Assembly (NCBI GenBank): GCA_027450205.1
Contig: DAIDJL010000003.1
Span: forward strand, 1 to 51,644
Length of the DNA stretch: 51,644 bases
Direction: 5' to 3'
From: Candidatus Parcubacteria bacterium
GTDB taxonomy: Bacteria > Patescibacteriota > Minisyncoccia > UBA6257 > 2-01-FULL-56-20
The notes beneath the pieces were generated by a model. That model ran no database searches, was not told the DNA's origin, and worked only from the letters and a program-made list of their open reading frames with translations. The translations under genes and the position numbers were made by a program. This document shows, in pieces, positions 38,337 to 45,595 of the stretch. How positions within the stretch are numbered: the stretch's first letter is position 1; every line of letters begins with the position of its first letter.

Positions 38337-38720
38337 ATGCAACACGTACCCCCCCCGACACCTCAGATTTCCATCATCCAGCATCTCGTCAGTGCGTACA
38401 AGATCTGGCATGAGTTCCTGCCGCATGTGCAGGGGGATGCGCGGTACACGCTCGGCATAAAAATAGACAATCTCCTCATCGAGAGCGCCGATATGATGTA
38501 TAGCGCGAACTACGCGAGCCAAGGCAAGAAATTGCCCTATCTTAAGCAGGCCGCCCGTCGGCTCGACCTCGCCAAGTTCTTTCTTGAGGTGTTTTGGGAA
38601 ATCAAGGGATTGGACGGGGACAAATACGCCGCGCTCTCGGAACGGCTTTTCGAGATCGGCAAGATGCTCGGCGGATGGATTCGCCAGACCGCCTCAAAAG
38701 AAACTCCCGCCTCGAAATGA
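38337..38720 (+). CDS. avd: Four-helix-bundle protein of the 23S-rRNA-IVS/Avd family (DGR accessory variability determinant candidate)
   Basis: 127 aa and basic. Pattern Y..W.EFLP...RYTLG.KIDNLL...A..L..AKFFLEV...K......Y..LSERLFEIGKMLGGWIRQ is typical of this family as I recall it. Its stop lies 17 nt from the TR. Confidence 0.7.
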   Translation: MQHVPPPTPQISIIQHLVSAYKIWHEFLPHVQGDARYTLGIKIDNLLIESADMMYSANYASQGKKLPYLKQAARRLDLAKFFLEVFWEIKGLDGDKYAALSERLFEIGKMLGGWIRQTASKETPASK

Positions 38721-38727
38721 GACGGGA
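38692..38727 (-). terminator. Rho-independent terminator of the TR transcript (hairpin spans the avd stop codon)
   Basis: On the minus strand, ctcccg(t)ctc-atttc-gag(g)cgggag is followed by tttcttttga. The plus strand has no T run after it. Confidence 0.55.
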
Positions 38728-38736
38728 GAACGATGA

Positions 38737-38862
38737 GATTTGCGAGCGACGCGGCCGGGTTGTTGGAGTTCCAGTCGTTGTCGAGCCAGTTGTAGTTCCA
38801 GTTCCACCTGTCGCCGTTCCAGTACAGGTACTCGACATACAGGTTGCCGTTCGCGTTGCGGA
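38737..38862 (-). repeat. DGR template repeat (TR)
   Basis: 126-nt ungapped alignment to 39263..39388. There are 20 mismatches, 17 of them at minus-strand adenines of this copy. 34 of its 126 bases are adenines. The in-frame reading FRNANGNLYVEYLYWNGDRWNWNYNWLDNDWNSNNPAASLAN has 12 Asn codons (11 AAC, 1 AAT). Confidence 0.8.
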
Positions 38863-39125
38863 ATCGTGCGCCGTGCCATCCGTGCCACCGCCCTTCGATT
38901 ACTCTCGGGGTTGAATCGTATCCGGGATCTCCCCTGCTTGGGTAATCCACCAGCACCGCGCACCAAGTATCCTTCGTTTTTATTCGGTTGAAAGAACAAC
39001 GCTGGCAGAAAGCGTACCCGCTGCCATTCTGCGTCCAGTGATACCAGAATGCGGCCGCCCGAAACCCGCTGGCTGCATGCCAGCCAACATAGCCTCGGAC
39101 TTGTTTTGAGCCTTATTCCACAGAC

Positions 39126-39134
39126 ATTCTACCA
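39126..39134 (-). promoter_or_regulatory. Extended -10 element (TGGTAGAAT on the minus strand) driving the TR RNA
   Basis: Same TGGTAnAAT pattern as at 21205, 26359 and 37800. It lies just downstream of the target-gene terminator. Confidence 0.45.
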
Positions 39135-39149
39135 CGCGCAGCTTGATGA

Positions 39150-39190
39150 GAAAAAGAAAGCCCGCGCAAGAACTGAAGTTCGTGCGCGGG
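39150..39190 (-). terminator. Rho-independent terminator of the DGR target gene
   Basis: On the minus strand, cccgcgcacgaac-ttca-gttcttgcgcggg (12 bp, 1 mismatch) is followed by ctttctttttc. Confidence 0.75.
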
Positions 39191-39259
39191 GCAGAAAGAA
39201 ATACGAAGAGCTAAGGGGAAGAGGATCAAAAAAAGTCCAACCGCCCCATGTTCCAAGGA

Positions 39260-39928
39260 CTAACTTGCGAGCAACGCGGCCGGGTAGCGGGAGTTCCGGT
39301 CGTAGTCGAGCCAGCTGAAGTTCCAGAGCCACCTGATGCCGCTCCAGCACAGGTACTCGACATACAGGCGGCCGCGCGCGCTGCGGAAGGTGGTACCCCA
39401 GAAATAGGTGTACCCGGACCTCCACTCATCAGGAATGAGCTGCGGGTTGGCAAACAAGGCATCCATAATGCAGGCGTTCAGCACCTGCACGTCCTTCAGT
39501 TCCTTGCGGAGCTTGTGGCCTTGGATCACCTTGCCGTTCTTCTGGTTTGGCGAGAGGTATCGGACGACTTCCTTGCCGTTCGCGTAGAGCTTGCCGTCCT
39601 CGCGCTTTTCGAGCGTGATTTTGCCCATCTTGCGATGCTCGGTCCCTTCGCCCGTCAGGTAGAGACCCGATGGGATGTTGGGGTTAAGGTCGCAGTCCAC
39701 GACAATGGACATCGGGAGTGGAGCGGGTTGCGGTTGTGTCACGAAAGCGGTTTGAGATTCCTGAACCGGAACGATTTTCGCGTTTCCGAGAAGTACTTCG
39801 CGGATGCCGCCAAGCTGATCGCCAGCGGCAAGAGCGCTTACCAATTCGTGCGAATATCCGTTGCGAGCAAGTGCAAACTCGATCATTTGAATCTCGCCTG
39901 CGCTGCTGAAAGTAAACTTGTCAGCCAT
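39260..39928 (-). CDS. DGR variable (target) protein, 222 aa, with the VR forming its C-terminal 42 codons
   Basis: AAGGAG RBS 8 nt before the ATG. No signal peptide is evident. The C-terminus FRSARGRLYVEYLCWSGIRWLWNFSWLDYDRNSRYPAALLAS corresponds to the TR reading with Asn positions replaced. Confidence 0.8.
   Translation of the reverse strand: MADKFTFSSAGEIQMIEFALARNGYSHELVSALAAGDQLGGIREVLLGNAKIVPVQESQTAFVTQPQPAPLPMSIVVDCDLNPNIPSGLYLTGEGTEHRKMGKITLEKREDGKLYANGKEVVRYLSPNQKNGKVIQGHKLRKELKDVQVLNACIMDALFANPQLIPDEWRSGYTYFWGTTFRSARGRLYVEYLCWSGIRWLWNFSWLDYDRNSRYPAALLAS
39263..39388 (-). repeat. DGR variable repeat (VR)
   Basis: See the TR entry. This copy carries G, C or T at 17 positions where the TR has A. 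It ends at the stop codon of the target gene. Confidence 0.8.
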
Positions 39929-39970
39929 GACATGTTCTCCTTTTTATGACACACCCTTTTGGGATAAGTC

Positions 39971-39999
39971 ATATTCTGCCGCTTGGTTGCAGCTTTCAA
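39971..39999 (-). promoter_or_regulatory. Candidate promoter of the DGR target gene (TTGAAA-N17-GAATAT on the minus strand)
   Basis: Read directly. The -35/spacer overlaps one arm of an 11-bp inverted repeat (39986..39996 / 40023..40033). Confidence 0.4.
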
Positions 40000-40155
40000 A
40001 TCATCGTATCGGCGACGAGCTAAAAGCTGCAACGAAACAACAAATCCTTGGAATATTTCTTATAAAAGAGCTGCTAATTACAGGGCTTAGTATACCACTA
40101 TATATACAATGTTGTCAATAGCGACGAAAACTCGCACTTCCTATAGAATTATCAT

Positions 40156-41214
40156 ATGGAAACCGTTCTCCTCACCATCATCGCCATCCTCTTCGCCGTG
40201 ATCGCGTGGCGGCTTTGGCGGCCGCAGGAGGCAAAAAAAGAAGAACCGCAATCACTCCTTCTTTTACAGAACCAGATAGCCGAGCTTAACCGGATGATCG
40301 AAGCCAAGCTCGGCGATTCGGCAAAAGCGATCAGTGAATCAAAAAATCAGGCGCTCACCCAGGCCGCCGAAAGCACGCGCCTCATCCGCGAGATCACGCA
40401 GGAGCTCGCCAAGGTGGGCGAGGGCCAGCGCCAGGTGGTGAACATTGCAGATAATCTCAAAAACCTGCAGGATATCCTGAAGAACCCGAAACAGCGCGGC
40501 GTGCTCGGCGAATATTATCTGGAGACCGTGCTCAAGAACGTGCTTCCGCCGAACGCGTACCAGATGCAATATCCCTTTAAAGACGGCACAATCGTGGACG
40601 CCGCCGTGATCACAAAGGACGGCATCATCCCGGTGGACTCCAAATTCTCGCTTGAGAACTATAACCGCATTCTTGAGTCGTCAGACAAGGCCGAGCGCGA
40701 GCGCTACGAGAACGCCTTCGCGAACGATCTCAAAATCCGCATTGACGAGACGTCGAAATACGTGAAGCCGGAAGAAGGCACGCTCGGCTTCGCGTTCATG
40801 TTCATCCCGTCCGAGGCGGTGTACTACGACCTGCTCATCAACAAAGTGGGTGCGCTGAAATCCAACAACGTCAACCTCGTGGAATACGCCAGCGGCAAAA
40901 AGAAAGTGATCATCGTCTCCCCCACCACGTTCCACGCATATCTGCTCACCGTCCTCCAGGGCCTCAAAGCCCTGCGTATCGAAGAGAGCGCAAAGAAGAT
41001 CAGCGAGCGCGTCGGCGAACTTGGAAAACATTTGCTCAGTTATGAGGAATACTTCGGCAAAGTCGGCAAGAACCTGACAACAACCGTCTCCGCCTACAAC
41101 TCGGCAGGCAAGGAATTCGGAAAGATCAATAAAGATATCTTGCGCATTACGGGCGAGCAGCTCGAGCTCGAATCGCCGACGGTAGAAAAGCCGGAAGATC
41201 AATCAACCGATTAG
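40156..41214 (+). CDS. rmuC: DNA recombination protein RmuC
   Basis: 352 aa: N-terminal TM, coiled coil, then an RmuC nuclease-like core (RGVLGEYYLETVL...VDSKFSLENY...FMFIPSEAVY). Confidence 0.85.
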   Translation: METVLLTIIAILFAVIAWRLWRPQEAKKEEPQSLLLLQNQIAELNRMIEAKLGDSAKAISESKNQALTQAAESTRLIREITQELAKVGEGQRQVVNIADNLKNLQDILKNPKQRGVLGEYYLETVLKNVLPPNAYQMQYPFKDGTIVDAAVITKDGIIPVDSKFSLENYNRILESSDKAERERYENAFANDLKIRIDETSKYVKPEEGTLGFAFMFIPSEAVYYDLLINKVGALKSNNVNLVEYASGKKKVIIVSPTTFHAYLLTVLQGLKALRIEESAKKISERVGELGKHLLSYEEYFGKVGKNLTTTVSAYNSAGKEFGKINKDILRITGEQLELESPTVEKPEDQSTD

Positions 41215-41217
41215 TTT

Positions 41218-42552
41218 TTAACGCTTCCTCCTCCTTAAAAACGCCGGAATATCCCACGCGTCGTTCTCCTTGCCGGCCGGCTTCGAGCCGACGCCATTTG
41301 ATTCGGGCTTCTTTTCAAAAGCGTTGGGCGCGAGCGATTTCTGGGCCATCATCTCGTCCGCCGATTCCTCGCCACGGGCGTGCACGACGGGGTTTTTGGC
41401 GCTTGTGCCTGGCTCGGCCATGCGGGTAGGCGTGGATTGCTTTGCAATGAGCGCCGCACCGTTGCCGTTCACCGGGCCTTCGTTTCCGCTGCCGCGGGCG
41501 ACGAACATCGAGGAGCCGCCCTGCCTACCCTCGAAATGAGCGCCGAACAAAGAGCCTGGCTGGCTGCCGTTGAAACCTGCAGCCACCACAGTCACTTTAA
41601 GCTCTCCCGGCTTCATATTCCGGTCGTGATACGCGCCGAAAATGATGCGCGCTCCCGGATCGGCCGTCTGCGCGACGATCTTCGCCGCATCGTTCACCTC
41701 CGTCATCTTGAGATCGCGGCTGCCCGTGATGCCGAGCAATACCGCCTTTGCGCCTTCGGGATTCGTTTCAAGCAAGGGCGAATGGAGCGCAGCATTGACC
41801 GCCTTGACCGCGCGGTCGGGACCGACCGCCTTGCCTACTCCCACGATCGCGATCCCCGCATCCTGCATAATGTTCTTCACATCCGCGAAATCAACATTGA
41901 TGATGCCCGGCATGGCGATGATCTCCACGAGGCCCTTCAGTGCATTGCGCAAGATCTCGTCGATCGCTTCAAATGCCTTTACGATCGGCGTATCCTTGCT
42001 GATAACGGTGAATATCCGATCGTTCGGCACGACGATGATCGCGTCAACCTTGTCGCGCAGCTTGATCAGGCTTTCGTTTGCGATGCGCTCACGCTGGCTG
42101 CCCTCGAACGTGAACGGCTTCGTGACGACCGCGATCGTGAGCGCGCCGGATTGCTTTGCCGCTTCGGCGACGATCGGCGTCGCGCCCGAACCGGTGCCGC
42201 CGCCGAGCCCTGCGGCAAGGAACACGAGGTCCGCGCCCTGCACCGCTTCGGAGATCTCCGAACGATTTTCTTCCGCCGCCTGACGGCCGAGATCGGGATT
42301 CATGCCCGTACCCAATCCGCGCGTCAAACTTTTCCCGATGTATAATTTCGTTTTTACCTCGCACTCATCAAGATCCTGATGATCGGTATTGATCGCAACA
42401 AAATCCACACCGCGCGTGAAATCGCGCGCCATGCGCGCGACCGCGTTCCCGCCGCCGCCGCCGATACCGATCACTTTTACATTTGCCGATAACGGCTGGA
42501 ATTTTTCGCTCTGCTTCTTGACACGATGCACTTTATGTTTGGTTTTTTTCAT
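41218..42552 (-). CDS. ftsZ: Cell division protein FtsZ
   Basis: 444 aa; GIGGGGGNAV, GGGTGSGATP, C-terminal DIPAFLRRR peptide. Confidence 0.95.
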   Translation of the reverse strand: MKKTKHKVHRVKKQSEKFQPLSANVKVIGIGGGGGNAVARMARDFTRGVDFVAINTDHQDLDECEVKTKLYIGKSLTRGLGTGMNPDLGRQAAEENRSEISEAVQGADLVFLAAGLGGGTGSGATPIVAEAAKQSGALTIAVVTKPFTFEGSQRERIANESLIKLRDKVDAIIVVPNDRIFTVISKDTPIVKAFEAIDEILRNALKGLVEIIAMPGIINVDFADVKNIMQDAGIAIVGVGKAVGPDRAVKAVNAALHSPLLETNPEGAKAVLLGITGSRDLKMTEVNDAAKIVAQTADPGARIIFGAYHDRNMKPGELKVTVVAAGFNGSQPGSLFGAHFEGRQGGSSMFVARGSGNEGPVNGNGAALIAKQSTPTRMAEPGTSAKNPVVHARGEESADEMMAQKSLAPNAFEKKPESNGVGSKPAGKENDAWDIPAFLRRRKR

Positions 42553-42597
42553 GGAGATTTAATGTTTCTAGTATGGTAGCAGAAAACCAAACAATGG

Positions 42598-43845
42598 TTA
42601 AGGGGTGAAATAGCCGAAAAATTTCTTAAAACCGCTGCCGTTCGCCGCCGTTTCTCCGCCCCTGCCTTCGCTCTCCATGCCCCATAAAACAAGGCCGAAT
42701 GCACCCACGAATTCCGGGTCTTCAAGATATTCCTTGAACCCGCCGCCCTGGCCTTCCCAATCATCCGCAAGCGTAAAGCCGATCTGCGCAGCGAGCTTCA
42801 TCTCCTGCTTGACGAGATCGGTAAGCCCCGGTAACTTTGCACCGCCGCCCACGAGCACCACGCCGCCGGGCAACTGCCCGTATTTCTCCATCAATTTCAA
42901 TTCGTTGTTTACGAGATCGAAAATTTCCTCCAGCCGCGATTCCACGATCTCCGCGATGAACTTTCGCGAGACGGCGCCTTTCGCATCATCGGCGAACTTT
43001 TTCATATCCACGGATTCCTTCTGCGGCACTTCTTTTGAATACGCATATCCGTAATGGATCTTTACTTCCTCGGCCGCATCGACGGGAACCTTCAACCCCA
43101 CCGCAAGATCGTTCGAAATATTTCCCGCACCGACCGGGAACTTCGAAACGCCGATCAGCCGGTTCTCTTCGTATACCGCGAGGCCGGTCGTGCCGAACCC
43201 AAGGTCGACGATGGCGGTACCCAGGTCTCTTTGCCTCTTCGAAAGGGCGGCTTGCGCGGCGATGATCGGACCGTAGCCAAGTCCGCTGATGTCGCCGCCC
43301 GAGAGTTCCACTGCGCGAATGAGCGTCTTGATATGCGGCGCGAAGGCGTCGATGATCAAGCTTTGCACTTCGAGCCGGCTTCCGGACAGGCCAAGCGGAT
43401 CAAGAATGTCGCCGACGCCGTCCACCATATATTCCTTCACGATGGTATGCACGATGGTGCGGTTCTGCGGAAGGTTCACCGCCTGGCTCGCGCGCACCGC
43501 GCGATCCATGTCGTCTTTGGCGATCTCCGCATCCGCGCGGGAGACGGCAACGATGCCGCGCGAGGTCTGCATCTTCGCCTGCGGCGTGCCGATGCTCACA
43601 TAGATATTCTTGAGCGCGGACTTGGATATTTTTTTGACCTCCGAAAGCGCGCGATTGATCGCCTGCGACGCCTCGCCAAGATCGACGACCGCCCCCTTCC
43701 GGATGCCGAACGACGGCTCCTTGCGGGCATACACGATAACGGGCCGCGGGCCGCGGCAGTCGGCAACCACTATTTTGAGCGAAGAGGTTCCCACATCCAA
43801 TCCCGTGATAAAATCCCCGCTTCCGCCAAATCCCTTGAGCTTCAT
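42598..43845 (-). CDS. ftsA: Cell division protein FtsA
   Basis: Actin-like ATPase: GLDVGTSSLKIVVA, DLGFGTTGLAVY, VLVGGGAKLPG. The start is set at the ATG at 43845. The longer TTG-started track ORF (to 44010) would run through a terminator hairpin. Confidence 0.9.
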   Translation of the reverse strand: MKLKGFGGSGDFITGLDVGTSSLKIVVADCRGPRPVIVYARKEPSFGIRKGAVVDLGEASQAINRALSEVKKISKSALKNIYVSIGTPQAKMQTSRGIVAVSRADAEIAKDDMDRAVRASQAVNLPQNRTIVHTIVKEYMVDGVGDILDPLGLSGSRLEVQSLIIDAFAPHIKTLIRAVELSGGDISGLGYGPIIAAQAALSKRQRDLGTAIVDLGFGTTGLAVYEENRLIGVSKFPVGAGNISNDLAVGLKVPVDAAEEVKIHYGYAYSKEVPQKESVDMKKFADDAKGAVSRKFIAEIVESRLEEIFDLVNNELKLMEKYGQLPGGVVLVGGGAKLPGLTDLVKQEMKLAAQIGFTLADDWEGQGGGFKEYLEDPEFVGAFGLVLWGMESEGRGGETAANGSGFKKFFGYFTP

Positions 43846-43977
43846 ATACAGCCATTTTATCACGAAAAGCAAAGCAAAAGAAACTGTGCATACCCTGTTT
43901 CGGATGGTCTTGGTCGCTTGCGTACCTGAGTTGCCGAAACCAACATTCCGGACGGTGCGGCCGCGAACGGCGTAAAC

Positions 43978-44003
43978 AAAGGCCGCTCTCTCGAGCGGCC
44001 TTT
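43978..44003 (-). terminator. Palindromic rho-independent terminator after ybeY
   Basis: aaaggccgctc-tctc-gagcggccttt, an 11-bp stem flanked by T-rich sequence on the minus strand (tttgttta). Confidence 0.7.
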
Positions 44004-44011
44004 GTTTCAAC

Positions 44012-44386
44012 TTATTTTAATTTTTTCAACAGTTCAGCCTCCAACCCCTCCATTTTGGCAATGTCCGCCTTTTTTTTATGATCATATCCAAGCAGATGGA
44101 GCACGCCATGCAAGAGCAACGCCTTCGCGCGCTCAGGTGACCGGCGCAAAATATCGCGGTTTAAATAAATTTCGCCAAGATATCGTTTTTTGGTCTCCGG
44201 ATGGGGGAAATGCGCCGGCTCGGGAAATGAAAGCACGTTCGGTTCGGTCTTTTTTTTGAAAAAGCGCGCCTTAAGCGCCGCTATTTTTTCATTATCAAGC
44301 AAAATGATGTCCACCGACGCCGCGCGAACGCGAAGCATCCTCAATATCCTGTCCGCAAGGCGCGCCAGTTTATGCTCGTTCCACAT
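44012..44386 (-). CDS. ybeY: rRNA maturation endoribonuclease YbeY
   Basis: 124 aa; HGVLHLLGYDH metal-binding motif. Confidence 0.9.
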   Translation of the reverse strand: MWNEHKLARLADRILRMLRVRAASVDIILLDNEKIAALKARFFKKKTEPNVLSFPEPAHFPHPETKKRYLGEIYLNRDILRRSPERAKALLLHGVLHLLGYDHKKKADIAKMEGLEAELLKKLK

Positions 44387-44822
44387 CGCGGATCACATCC
44401 CCCACCGTCTTGCCGTCGGCGCGTCCTTTTACAACCTTCATCGTTTCTTTCATCAGCGAACTGAAATCGTTCGCACCATTCGCCTTGGCCGCTTTCACGA
44501 TCGCCACGATCTCATCGCGGGAAAGTTCGGCGGGGAGATATTCATAGAGTACCTTAAGGTCGCCCTCCTCCTTTGCGATAAGATCATCGCGCTTGCCCTG
44601 CCGGAAAAGCTCCAAAGAATCCTTGCGCTTTTTTGCTTCTTTTTGGAGGATCATCACCACTTCTTCGTCGCCAAGCGATGCCTGCGGATCCTTAAGTGCC
44701 TTTTCTTTTTGTGCCGCATTAAGTGACGCGAGTGTAAAACGCAGCGCTTCAAGACGCGCTTTGTCGCCGCTCTTCATGGCGGACCTCATATCGTCGTTTA
44801 TTTTTTGAAAAAGGGACATCAA
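44370..44822 (-). CDS. GatB/YqeY domain protein
   Basis: 150 aa; the pattern L...I..DM..AMK.GDK.RL..LR and the C-terminal G.ADGK.V are typical of YqeY. Confidence 0.8.
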   Translation of the reverse strand: MMSLFQKINDDMRSAMKSGDKARLEALRFTLASLNAAQKEKALKDPQASLGDEEVVMILQKEAKKRKDSLELFRQGKRDDLIAKEEGDLKVLYEYLPAELSRDEIVAIVKAAKANGANDFSSLMKETMKVVKGRADGKTVGDVIRDVERA

Positions 44823-44824
44823 AT

Positions 44825-45040
44825 CTAGATGAGGCCGAGCTTCTTCTGGCGCTCCACTTCGGCTTTCTTTTCCTCGCGATGGATCGCGGATGAGCGGCGC
44901 TTGATGCGGCTGATCGTCCGGGTATGGAACTTGCGATGGCGAACCTCTTTAACGATACCGCTCCGCTTCACTTTGCGCGTGAAGGTATACAAAAGCGACT
45001 GCCCCGACTCCCCTTCTTTTTTTCGTGCTTCTATTGCCAT
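44825..45040 (-). CDS. rpsU: 30S ribosomal protein S21
   Basis: MAIEARKKEGESGQSLLYTFTRKVKRSGIVKEVRHRKFH...; small and basic. The classic rpsU-yqeY-ybeY context supports it. The track ORF has a 12-codon N-terminal extension. Confidence 0.8.
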   Translation of the reverse strand: MAIEARKKEGESGQSLLYTFTRKVKRSGIVKEVRHRKFHTRTISRIKRRSSAIHREEKKAEVERQKKLGLI

Positions 45041-45183
45041 AGGAGACAGTATATATGAGGAATGGTGGTTTTGCAAGATACGAAGCAGCTAGGGCGGGGC
45101 ACTATCCCGCCTACGGGAAATGTTATTAAAATTTGATTAAAAAGTTTTTGACTTCTATTTTGCGCGGCATATCCTTAAGTGAC

Positions 45184-45579
45184 ATGATAAAAACGAACGA
45201 CGACGAGAACGAGGTGGTGACAAAAGGCTGGTTCCGCAAAGTCATGCGCGAGGTGATCGAAGAAATGGCAATCGTGATCAATAAAAGTTTTGTCGGCGTG
45301 GAGTCGCGGATGGATGGGCTGGAGGGGCACATCGGAGGATTAGAAGAGCGCATGGACGCGCGCTTTGAAAAGATAGAATCCACCATGGCGACAAAAGACG
45401 ATATTCTCGCACTCACTCAACGTATAGATAAATTGGAAAAATATGCGGACAATCGCTTTGACAGCATCTCCCGCGAACTAAAAGAAATCCGCAAAGAAAT
45501 AAAAACGATCGATACCCGCGCCGATATATTTGATCTCCGCTCGCGCGTTACCAAGTTGGAGCAAAAAGCCGGCCTTTAG
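45184..45579 (+). CDS. Hypothetical coiled-coil protein
   Basis: 131 aa from the ATG at 45184 (track start 45133); heptad-rich (MDGLEGHIGGLEERMDARFEKIES...). Confidence 0.55.
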   Translation: MIKTNDDENEVVTKGWFRKVMREVIEEMAIVINKSFVGVESRMDGLEGHIGGLEERMDARFEKIESTMATKDDILALTQRIDKLEKYADNRFDSISRELKEIRKEIKTIDTRADIFDLRSRVTKLEQKAGL

Positions 45580-45595
45580 CACATTTTCCTCCCTG

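Larger units (their letters stand above)
38692..39118 (-). ncRNA. Predicted DGR template-repeat (TR) RNA transcription unit
   Basis: Bounded by an extended -10 (39126..39134) and a terminator (38692..38727). Contains the TR. The only frame that reads through the TR has no start codon upstream and would run through the terminator. Confidence 0.5.

Noticed and set aside
38537-38956. 139-aa minus-strand ORF treated as a protein-coding paralogue of the DGR target
   Set aside because: Its only start is a GTG inside a longer start-less frame. It lacks the stop found in the target copy, crosses a terminator and runs antisense into avd. It retains every adenine that is substituted in the VR, which fits a template repeat rather than a second variable protein.
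39225-39262. Hairpin right after the VR as a DGR target-recognition cruciform
   Set aside because: Only a 5-bp stem (agtcc/ggact) with an 18-nt loop before a T7 run. This is too weak to call. The solid terminator is the downstream hairpin at 39161..39190.
43846-44010. N-terminal 55-codon extension of FtsA from a TTG start
   Set aside because: The extension spans the palindromic terminator that follows ybeY and has no FtsA similarity. The ATG at 43845 begins the conserved actin-fold N-terminus.
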